From the NCBI GenBank assembly GCA_032718475.1, contig JAUCBJ010007210.1, positions 1 through 41,267 of the forward strand: a stretch of DNA of 41,267 nt, given 5' to 3'. The notes under the pieces are model-generated. The model had not been told where the DNA came from and made no database searches. It was given only the letters and a program-made list of their open reading frames with translations. Position numbers and translations under genes: made by a program. Shown here piece after piece: positions 10,901 to 19,758 of the stretch. Source of the DNA: Nemertoderma westbladi (taxonomy: Eukaryota > Animalia > Xenacoelomorpha). Position 1 is the first letter of the stretch. Every line of letters begins with the position of its first letter.

Positions 10901-13142
10901 AGAATATCTACAGTTTCGGCGCATGTATAGTAACGAAATATTAAGTAAGAACTTGACGCAGGCGGAGTGCCTAAAGTATCTGCAAGTATATACAGGAGGC
11001 CCAGCATACGACATCGTGAGGCAATACCAAGGCATCGAGGGCGGCTTCACGACAGCATGGCGGGCGCTAGATAGGGAATACGGGCACCCGGCCAAGATCA
11101 TCCGGCAAACCCTGAGAGGCATAACATCGGGTGGCCTACAGGATAATCCCGTTAGCATTAAGACGTTTGCTAACAAAGTTGAAAAGGCGCTGATCGTGTT
11201 AAAGACGTTGGACGCACCATACGAACTCAACGCGTCTAACAACATCACCACGATAGCGCAGGCACTGCCGATCTGGTTACGAAGGAAGTGGAGGAAAATC
11301 GCTTTCTCCACACGGGAAGAGAAGGGTGTGGAACCGGGCCTAGAAGAGATGTCGAGCTTCTTGAACTATGAAGCCGAACTAATAACAGACCCAGTCTATA
11401 GCGAGGATAGTTTGGGGAAGGCACCTAAGACCGAATACAACTGGCCTGAACCCGAATATAATCCGACAGACCCATTCTCGGGAGTGGGACAATCACTACC
11501 ACATGCGGCCACACAGGGGACTGCTAGTCCACAGTTAGCTGGTAGCAGGGCCACACCGTGGCGGGGACAGAAAGAAAATAACACCATAAATAAACATAAT
11601 CCCAATGTACCCAGTAGGCCGAATACAGACAACCAAAACACTAAATCGGTACATATAAACCTAGACGCGATACGTGAGGGACTATACAGGGAACGCTATA
11701 AACCAGGATTCGAATGTCAATTACATCGGGACGGAACACATAAGACCAGGAGTTGTAAGCACTGGCAAGCGTTGCCCAAACAAGATCGTATAGCCTACAC
11801 AGACGCAAACGGACTATGTCATCGATGTGTGGTAGAAGGACACAGGTCCGGAGAGTGTAGAGAAACAGCAGTCAGAGAGTCCGAGACTGGAGGCCAGGCA
11901 ATGGCCACAAGCACGACAGAAGAGGAGAAGAAGAGAAAAGTACTACTCGGGGTAGTACCAGTAAAGATATCAGGAGAGGGCGGTCGATCAGTAACGACAT
12001 TAATGCTGGTCGACAGCGGAGCAGCCTTCACGCTGGTGGAGAACTGGGTGGCCGAAGAGATAGGGCTAAAGACAAGGCCGAATAGAATGGCGGTGACTAC
12101 CGTCTCGAGTAAAGATGAGGTCCTGGAGACGAGGGCGGGGCGGTGCAGGATAGCAGCGATTGCACCGGGATGCGACTATGGGGCGACGATCGACCCCATC
12201 CACGTCATCGAATCGATAAACATCAACGCCAGGCGACCAACCAACATTGAGGTCGAGCAGTATAGATTCCTGGACGGTATCGATTTCTCAATACCAAAGG
12301 TGGACGTTAGGAAGGTGTCCATTATAGTAGGGATGGACTGCCCGACGGCCCATGAGAGGATGAAGACGGTCTTCGGCGAAGACAGGCAGCGGGACCCGAC
12401 GGCGATCCTCACGCCGTTCGGATGGACGCTTAGCGGCCCAGTTAAAACCAACATCCCATGCAGTGTGACAGAGACATCTGGGTGCATGATACCAGGCACC
12501 GAAGACGCAGAGGAAGTAGAGGAGAAACAAGAGATAGTAGAGCCAGATAGGGAGGTGACAGTAAGAAAGTGGGCAGAGGAAAGTAGGTTTCCCAGCAAGC
12601 ATCGGTATGGAGATGGAGCGGAGCGGACGGCGAGGTGTCCGGAGGACAACACTCCAGGGGAGTGCCCGGAGGAGTGTCGGGAGGAGTGTCCGGAAGAGAC
12701 GCAGGTCCGGTTTGGAGGCATACCGACAAGGGGGAAGTCGAGAAGGAAGGCAGGACGGAAAGGGATAGGACTACTATTGTACCTACTGTTCTGCCTGTTC
12801 TTTCACTTTCTATTCATTCTGCCGGCGGGAGACAACAAGGAGGGAGGTGGCATTTTGATGCCAGGAGATGAGCTAGTTAAGAAGGCGGCGGAGAGACCCG
12901 ATTTCAGGGTGGCAGAAGAGGGAGAGCCAATTCCTGGTCAGTTGGAGTTGGCGGGGAGAGCGTGGCGAAGAGAGTGCGGCGAATTCTACAGGACCTACAA
13001 GATCAGCAGTGGGAGAGTGCCTGTTGGAAGAATCGCCCTAGTTAAGAGGTTTAGTCGTCCAATATTTTGGACTGAGGGGGGTGGGAATGAGGGCGAGACG
13101 CCCTTCCCACAAGAAAATAATTATTTAATTAAAAACAAATAA
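7974..13142 (+). CDS. BEL-type Gag-aspartic protease polyprotein, 1722 aa, with no RT/RNase H/integrase core and a hydrophobic segment near the C terminus
   Basis: Gag core ELPPVEPFKFDGSRPEEYLQF (DUF1759-like), knuckles CQLH....HKTRSC and CHRCVVEGHRSGEC, protease VPVKISG...MLVDSGA...TPFGWTLSGP. Uninterrupted ORF; no YxDD or DDE motifs seen. Confidence 0.9.
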   Translation: MSRERGTTPPRTPDDDLTIREATARRYGPTTPVDATSTTSITSNPANQDVGGRLQRESESSRGESETGEERDDESTQGGGRYADVAGQPQTEGDGRPTGTATVEPTVRRRTRRERGEVGDEDVGVSDRLRRAYAATREQLKEARGGAEIDQVKLRRRLGESNRYFDYLVRSGQGELAEERARGVAFELFGLWERRGMGPGVVYIGPYLVDAREVKLVGWAGPHEGESEVSSEDSASSVSEDPGKRGKVGRTEGRRKSVATDKSATSSAKERRVQEINLAAYELRTREKLEWIMGRRKEQESEREEREAREQSVRYTYSSRMGEGGSSSALGNIGINSTVVNNPNPFIAGNILPGSSNLSLNSNNNINSNIQNNQNNSNSNLNFENNNNSNLNNLNNNPVSNSNNLIDLTNNIGNGAINVNLPDVYSPADGGLVGHVVSRQEVAGLRQPDGGLVGHVVGRQEVAGLSKPGVGLVGHAVVRREAGVNRPSRSRDSVSTREGCRDEVRYIEVRSGGWGGATGAPPHEISGERGGAENAPQRGCRSVVRGSEVRSGGWGGATGTPPRGISSERGGAGSVPQASADNARAELGKPQHPAMESNRGIASIPSGVRSSRERQVDVARGRATERRAQLEERRLVEFNREVEDRRRLVDYNREVEDRRRLAEFNREVEERRKEDNRRVVARSNRRARTDSEPSIVERELGSQWSRTSGDCRRPGETHHTLGEGYRTYRYEDESRIGDRRETSRRDIAADREYGSRGEIRDSRRINFDSEGHMQTAGHTVGLTAHTIIGHAGRDRVGDRVARTTGLNPEVAEYIPVGGREVGRPISVQQHDYNTQGHNIYPGEGRVIVDRCMGPNILTSTPVPNIPVGGGQGDIPPSRYQQYTPIGARTSNPLDENRSCDTEIWRGPLPPMIYPTQQAKSTADRTNGPYPVRETIQHPSNPLEAQAMGMATLIDALKTRIELPPVEPFKFDGSRPEEYLQFRRMYSNEILSKNLTQAECLKYLQVYTGGPAYDIVRQYQGIEGGFTTAWRALDREYGHPAKIIRQTLRGITSGGLQDNPVSIKTFANKVEKALIVLKTLDAPYELNASNNITTIAQALPIWLRRKWRKIAFSTREEKGVEPGLEEMSSFLNYEAELITDPVYSEDSLGKAPKTEYNWPEPEYNPTDPFSGVGQSLPHAATQGTASPQLAGSRATPWRGQKENNTINKHNPNVPSRPNTDNQNTKSVHINLDAIREGLYRERYKPGFECQLHRDGTHKTRSCKHWQALPKQDRIAYTDANGLCHRCVVEGHRSGECRETAVRESETGGQAMATSTTEEEKKRKVLLGVVPVKISGEGGRSVTTLMLVDSGAAFTLVENWVAEEIGLKTRPNRMAVTTVSSKDEVLETRAGRCRIAAIAPGCDYGATIDPIHVIESININARRPTNIEVEQYRFLDGIDFSIPKVDVRKVSIIVGMDCPTAHERMKTVFGEDRQRDPTAILTPFGWTLSGPVKTNIPCSVTETSGCMIPGTEDAEEVEEKQEIVEPDREVTVRKWAEESRFPSKHRYGDGAERTARCPEDNTPGECPEECREECPEETQVRFGGIPTRGKSRRKAGRKGIGLLLYLLFCLFFHFLFILPAGDNKEGGGILMPGDELVKKAAERPDFRVAEEGEPIPGQLELAGRAWRRECGEFYRTYKISSGRVPVGRIALVKRFSRPIFWTEGGGNEGETPFPQENNYLIKNK

Positions 13143-13214
13143 TTAAAATAATTAAATAATAATTAGTAGAGGATAGTAAGAAGTAGCAGTTAGAAGTTAG
13201 GTAGTAGTAGAGAA

Positions 13215-13497
13215 GTTAGAAGGCGGCGGGGCAAGGGAGTGTGGCATATTGTCATGCCACGAGTAGTAGTAGTGGGGTTGTGGGCACCGTAAGCGCCACT
13301 TAGAAGGAGAGTAGGTTAGAAGGCGGCGGGGTAAGGGAGTGTGGCATATTGTCATGCCACGAGTAGTAGTAGGGGGGTCGTGGGCACCGGAAGCGCCACG
13401 TAGAAAGTAGCAGTGGTAGAGAGGTTGTGGGCACCGGAAGCGCCACGTAGAAAGTAGTAGTAGTGGAGTGGTTGTGGGCACCGTTAGCGCCACGTAG
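13215..13497 (+). repeat. Tandem hairpin-forming repeats in element B 3' UTR
   Basis: 100-bp unit twice (gtggcat-attgtc-atgccac at 13241 and 13341) and gtgggcaccg(taa/gaa/tta)gcgccac four times (13280, 13380, 13427, 13474). Confidence 0.85.
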
Positions 13498-14084
13498 ATA
13501 GAGATAGAGTTAGTTGGAGGATTTTAATCAGAGTTAGAAAAGAGTTAGTAGACTTAGCAGAAAGTTAGAGAGTTCTAGTTAGAGTTAGTAGAAAGTTAGA
13601 GGCTTTTAGTTAGAGCTAAAAGTAGTAAGAGTTAGCAGAGAGCAGAGTTAGTAGTTAGTAGAGTTAGATAGTTAGAGTTAGTAAGTTAGATAAGGTAGAT
13701 AGTATGATAGCACAGGGGTAGCATTAGAGGTCAGGGCCTTAAAGAGTGGCAGGGAGTAGAGAGGAGATAGTGAGAAGAGCTGTTGGCGAGAAGTTAGAGT
13801 GCGATTCAGGTGTGGGGAGAGTGTAAGAGTGGGGAGAGAGCGAGTTGAGTTAGAGAGCGAAGTTAGAGTGGCGAGAGTGTTGGGGAAACAAAAATTGTGT
13901 GAGAGAAGCGCACGATCGGCCCGACACGAGACGCCAGAGGGTAGTGACATCATACCCATAGGGAGCGGCCTGGAAAGCCGACTCCAAGAAAATAACTCCA
14001 CCCCACACCCGATAATAGATCGAGTTCCAGCGGAATTGTAGCGCACTTTAGTTGGATGCTATCTTCTTACCGGGAAGATAGCAT

Positions 14085-14093
14085 GGGGGGGAG
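14085..14093 (+). promoter_or_regulatory. Element B polypurine tract
   Basis: gggggggag immediately before the 3' LTR TGTTAG. Confidence 0.85.
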
Positions 14094-14653
14094 TGTTAGC
14101 TTATCCAATTCCGCTAACACCCCACAAAGTTATAAGCCGATAAGCAATATTGGGAGCCACGAGATTGGGCAATTAACCAACTCGTGCCATCCCAATAAGA
14201 GTGGGAAGGAAGCACACAATAGGGGTCAGGGGCCAAACCCCTAACCAAGAGAGAACAGCAAGGGCGAAGGGAAGCACTTCAGAGGGGGGCAAAGGGTGCC
14301 AACAGGGGTATTAGCCAATGGGGGGACAGCATCGACTAAGTACTGTAACGGCCAAACCCGTGCAATATATATTACCTGTACGGTAATCATTATAGTCAGT
14401 TTACTCAGTCAGCTATCCCAGTACAGTAAGGCAGTACGGTGACTGTTAAGACCGTCGTCGCCACCGTCACCATATTACCGGTATATTAGCTTTATCTACT
14501 GTGCTATCTGTATCACTCATCATTTATTATCTCAACGTTATCAGAGTTCGACAACGACACTAGAACAATTATTACCTTTTCCATTCACACGGCGGGGCGG
14601 GGACGCGTACGAAACACACCGGATAAACCGGGATCCTCTCGGATCCCGTCACA
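14094..14653 (+). repeat. Element B 3' LTR
   Basis: Copy of 7319-7878, followed by TSD GAAAG. Confidence 0.96.
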
Positions 14654-14658
14654 GAAAG

Positions 14659-17600
14659 GGATATAACTCAGCGTTATTTATGCAGACGGAGGCGCTTGCA
14701 GTCCTAGCGAAGAGAGCAGTGGAGTCTCAGTTGAGCGACGTAGCGACGAAGGTTTACGACAGGGCTTTGGCGGCCTTGTTAGAGCACTGCGCGTTATCGG
14801 AGCGATTCCAACGAGTTAGGACAGAAAACTGGTTGCTATGGGCGTCGCAAGCGCAGGCGACTCAGGTAAGTGATGCGGAGTTGAGGAACTTAGTGGAGCA
14901 GGAAGAGACCCAAGACAACGAAGAGCGATGATACCAGAGGGAAGTCACCAGCTGGCTGACGCAGAGCGGAGTAGTAGTACCGGGTCAGGTGTTACCGACG
15001 ACGGAGAACATCCAACAGAGGACGTTAACTCCACCCGACGACGCATCCAGAAACAGTGGGGGTTCTCAGGTTAGTCACGCGCAAGGGAAGGTTATATGCA
15101 CTAGATCCCTTGTTTCTCACAACTCGGCAGAGGAGAGAAGACGCCGACTAGACGAACAACAGGCAGAGGTCTTGCGAGCATCAGAGGCACGGAAGGAAGC
15201 CGAAAGAGAAAGGGAGCGCAAACGGAAGTTGGACGCGGAGCTGCGAGAGTTGGAGGATATAAGTAAGCGCGAACGAGCTGAACGCATGCGGAAAGAACGC
15301 GAACTTCAAGCCAAACGCGAGCGCAAGGAACTCGAATGCGAACAGAAAGTACGCGAGCTTCAACTCGAATGCGAACAAAAAGAACGCGAGCTTCAACTCG
15401 AACGCGAGCGGAGAGAACGTGAACTTCAAGCTGAACGCGAGCGCAAGGAACTCGAACGCGAACAGAAGAACGCGAGCTTCAACTCGAATGCGAGCGCAAG
15501 GAATGCGAACTCGAGATCGAGAAAAGAAGACACGCGTTGTATGAAGAAAAGGCACGACTGGAAGAAGAGAGCGCAGCGAGACTCGCGAGGGAAGAAGAAC
15601 AACGCAAACTGGCGCAATTGGAAAGTGCGAGACTAAACTTAGAGAGCGAAGAACGAACTAGGAAGGCAAATCAAATTGCCGAGAAGGTATGCGAATGATC
15701 GAAGAATGTGGGGCGAGTGTAGGTACCGAGTTGTGAGAACTGTTCGCACAGGAGAAGGCCGAACAGGAGGCGAGAACTCCGGTTATCCGTGAGTCGACGG
15801 CGACCAGAATTCCTATACCAGGTCCAGCTATTACGAGTACTCGGATCGCTAAACCGTTCTCTACATATTGCACGCTGGTTTGCATTAGTGCTTCACCCAT
15901 CGCGCAGGATTCGCGCCATCAGACGGCGCACTGCGACGCAACTATTATCGAGACGACGAGGAGTTTAGAGAAGAAACTCCTAGAGGCCGAGTATTGGGCG
16001 AACCGAAACCACAAGTTTGGAATACGCGGATGGATCGCCGACCCAGTTCGACGGAGAACTACCGGGTTAAACCGGAAGAGGGATCATATGAGAGACAGCG
16101 GATTACTCAAATAGAGCCGACAATTCAGCAGAACCCTAGCCAGGAATTTATTACAAGGGAGGAGTTAGGTGCTAGTTTAGCGCAAGCTATATCGCCGCAC
16201 ATCCAACCTATAACGGACATGCTTAGTAACCTACAGTTAAAGGAAGCAGCCCAGGTAAGAAGTAATTCTAATCCTAGCAGGCCTGAACTAGATAGAGTCC
16301 AACCTAGTCAACGAGTACGCATATCGGAGGCAACAATACCACAAGGACCATAGGTAAGAACGCCCATCCCTACGATCCATAATCCCGACTTCGAACACTC
16401 GGCAGAAAGATTTATACAAGAGGCCTGGGTCAGGGCCTCAGCGCGTAAACCGACACAAGCGCTGAGGACCGACACAGACTCGAGCGATGAAGAGGAAGAA
16501 TTGAGACGGCAGAAGTTCCAAAACTGGAAGGAAAGAAGGACCGACGCGGAGCAGGTAAGTATGAATCCCCGGGAAAGGTCCAGACTTAATAACCCTGTAG
16601 AACTAAATAATTTGTTAACCCAGAACGACGCAACCCTTAGAGACATAGGTAAGTTTGCTGCTAGGCAAGGACTGCCGACGCAACAACCCCAGAAGTTTAT
16701 GGGCAACCATCAACATTGGAGGACATTTAAAACCTATGTCGACGAACAGCTGACCAACAGCACCTTTACTCCTAACGAGAAGTTCAACTATCTACTGCAG
16801 ATGCTCCATCGAGAACCTAGAGCCATTGCTGATAACTTCGCCGGCAATGAAAGAGCGTTTGAACTAGCTATGAAGACACTTAGCGACATCTACGGGAATA
16901 AAACCAAGATGGCACCGTCGATAGTGGAAGACTTGGGTAAGGGCGGAAGGGTTATAACGCCGTTGGAGCTGTTGAACTTAGTGAACGCTATTTCAAACGC
17001 ATTGGACATCTTAAGGATGGTAAATCTGCCTCATCATGGCGATCACGCCGAAGTTTTAAAGAGCATAATAAGACGTTTAAACATGCGTTACCGACAGAAA
17101 TGGCGCAAACTAGAAAATAAGTTAGAGGGTCAAGGTAAGGTGTTGACACTTCAACACATCCATGACATGATAGCCATGGATGCGGAAGCAGAGATGAAAT
17201 CAAACTTCTCAGAGGAGAATATGGGAGAGTCTAAACCTGTTACCGGTAAGTCAATGGTAAGTTTTGACAATGATAGAACCACTGTGACTTTTAACTCAGT
17301 AGACAGATACAATTCTAGTACCCCTGCCTTTAGACCAGACTCGCGAGTATGGTCAGGTGAGAGGTCAGATAGACCTAAGGTGAAACAACAGTAGTTGCCG
17401 GATGGATTTGTAGGTTGCCAATTCTGCCTACTAAAGGAGGTAAGATCAGGCAACCATAAGTTAGACAGTTGCAGACGGTTTAAAGAATTAACTTCGGAAC
17501 AGAGAAGAGTTCAAGTGCGGATGTTGGTCACCTGTTGGGCATGTCTTGCGCCAGGTCATGTACGGCGCCAGTGCCCGAACAGCAAGGACGGATGCATGGA

Positions 17601-19265
17601 GTGCGGCCGACTACATCACAAGTTGCTACATGCGGATTTCCATACTCAAACGGACCGTTATCTACAGAGAAATCCTCAAAGGAAGGGAAGCAGAGATCCC
17701 ATAACGATAAGAAGAAATACGTACACCAGCATCCAAGACGATGGATATCAACCAGGTTCGTCGGACGAGGATGGCGAGGCGAGCGCGAGAGAGGTGACCT
17801 GCCAAGGGTTCACCACGGATAGTTCATCGACCAGCTCGCGGACGTATTTATCATCGACCACGTCGGAAATATTCAGCGTGATTCCGGTGAAACTTACTGG
17901 AGATAAGGGGTCGAAGAGAATATATGTGATTTTGGACACTGCATCCACATTATCGTATATAGACGAGGAAGTAGCAAGAGCCGTTTCCAGCTACCGGGAC
18001 GCCGAGGAAATCCAAATAGAGTTGAAATCCATGCAGGGGGTAGGTGACCTCAAGGGACACAAGATTTCGGTAGAACTAGACTCCCTACTCCCGAGAGACC
18101 AGCACACTCACCAAGAATGGAGAGCTTTGCCATTGGATGGATTTAAGTGTCTAGCTATGAAAATGGTTCGGCAGGCAGTTAGGTAAGGTGCCACCGATGA
18201 GTCCCATAGCACAGGAGTATTTTGACAAGCTCAGAATACCGAGACACCAGGTGGGTTATAGTAATGTATCTATGTTAATTGGAGCAGAACAGCTGATCGC
18301 GCACCAAATATGGGAAACGAGACCAGCTGAGCCGTTTGTAAATGGGCCACACGCCCATAGGAATATATCAGGTTGGTATACACGAGTACCCATGTCCTAT
18401 GAGTTTTCAGGTGGCGACAAGCCAAAGGATAGACACGACGAATTACAGCCTATAACACAACAACCGTTAGTAAAACCACCAGACATAGACGAGTTTAGGA
18501 GAACCTGTATTGACCACTATAGCGACTTTAGCGAGTCAGACGAGGAGTTGATTCCCGATAATGTTAGATTGTCGGAACCACTCTACAACGACCGAACAGA
18601 TAGTGAACCCAAGGACCACTGTTATCAGACCCGTGGGTCTGGTTCAGCGGCCCATGCCACTTATTTGAGTAACGTTTTGACTTAAACCAATATAGTGGAG
18701 GGTCAGGTGGCTAAATATCGAGACCTCGACATTTTCAAATTCAGCAAAGAGGAGTTGCAGCAGGAATTGATACGCCAGGACCTCGAGACAGGAGCTAAAA
18801 CTGTTGAATGGCTGGATAGGGACGCGATGGAACCCGGTGGATACGACTTAACCATGTCCACTGATGAGAAACGGTCGCAAGAGATGATGGAAGACACCAT
18901 ACGTCTGCCACCGACGGGACATTTTGAAGTTGGAATGTTGTGGCGTTGACAACCCCCTAAGTTGGAGAACAATTACAACTTGGCCTTGAAAAGATTGAAC
19001 GGAGTAAGGGCTCGGTTGCTAAAGAATCAAGATGTTAGGGAGAAGTATTGCGCCCAGATCAACAACTATTTCGCCAAGGGATTTGCTGGGAAGGTAGAGA
19101 ACCCCGACTTAGTGACGGACCAGACTTATTACCTCCCACACCACTATGTGACTCACCCTAACAAACAAGACAAGGTCCGAGTAGTCAATGACCGCGCAGC
19201 AGTCTATAGAGGTATGTCCCTGAACTCAGAGTTGATGGATGGTCCCAACCTAAATAACTACTTAA
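14659..19265 (+). pseudogene. Element A gag-pol: coiled coil, Gag core, zinc knuckles, protease, RT N terminus (many stops and frameshifts)
   Basis: PQKFMGNHQHWRTF; CQFC...HKLDSC, CWACLAPGHVRRQC, CMECGRLHHKLLH; VILDTAS; YYLPHHYV...KVRVVND...SLNSELMDGPNL (BEL RT signature). Confidence 0.92.
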
Positions 19266-19754
19266 CCCTATCCATACCGGGGTATTTTAGACGCTCAAAC
19301 TACCGGGGGGGGGGGGGGGGGGGGACTTTTGGGGACGTAAAGTTTGGAAGCATATAACTTTGTGTGGTGTGATGATATTACTTTAAAGTAAAAAGTTTTA
19401 GATACAAAATTTATTCCTCTATCCAAATATGCCACACACTAATGCTCAAATATAATATTTAAATACTATAATTATGTTTAAATTGATTTTAAATTGATAT
19501 TAAATTGATTGAATTTTAAATTTCCCTCCTACAATAGTTCAGCAATAATATGACAGTTTCAGAGACAGGTCAGTTTACGAGTCATTTTCATGGTCATGAA
19601 TAATAATATGAAAATAAATTTTTGTTTTAAGATAAAGAATAATAAATTTTAGGAAAAGTAACGGAATTTCACTTGCAATAAATGTGGTTTGGCTTTGAAC
19701 CAAGCAATCAAATAAAGTGCGTCTCCAAAAGTCCCCCCCCCGGTATGGATAGGG
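19266..19754. mobile_element. piggyBac-type MITE, 489 bp
   Basis: TTAA duplication (19262-19265, 19755-19758); 17-bp TIR ccctatccataccgggg / ccccggtatggataggg. Removal restores the RT frame NNYL-IGILLRFR. Confidence 0.93.
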
Positions 19755-19758
19755 TTAA

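Larger units (their letters stand above)
7319..14653 (+). mobile_element. Young non-autonomous BEL/Pao-like element 'B' (gag-protease only), 7335 bp
   Basis: TG...CA LTRs of 560 bp with no difference seen by eye, 5-bp TSD GAAAG (7314-7318, 14654-14658), purine tract before the 3' LTR, one intact ORF. Confidence 0.95.

Noticed and set aside
8077-12729. Many antisense and alternate-frame ORFs overlapping B's gag ORF
   Set aside because: Expected shadows of a long, compositionally biased ORF; no recognisable motifs.
17392-17394. TAG between Gag core and knuckles as a programmed read-through site
   Set aside because: Element A has many other stops and frameshifts, and the same region is open in B and C, so decay is simpler.
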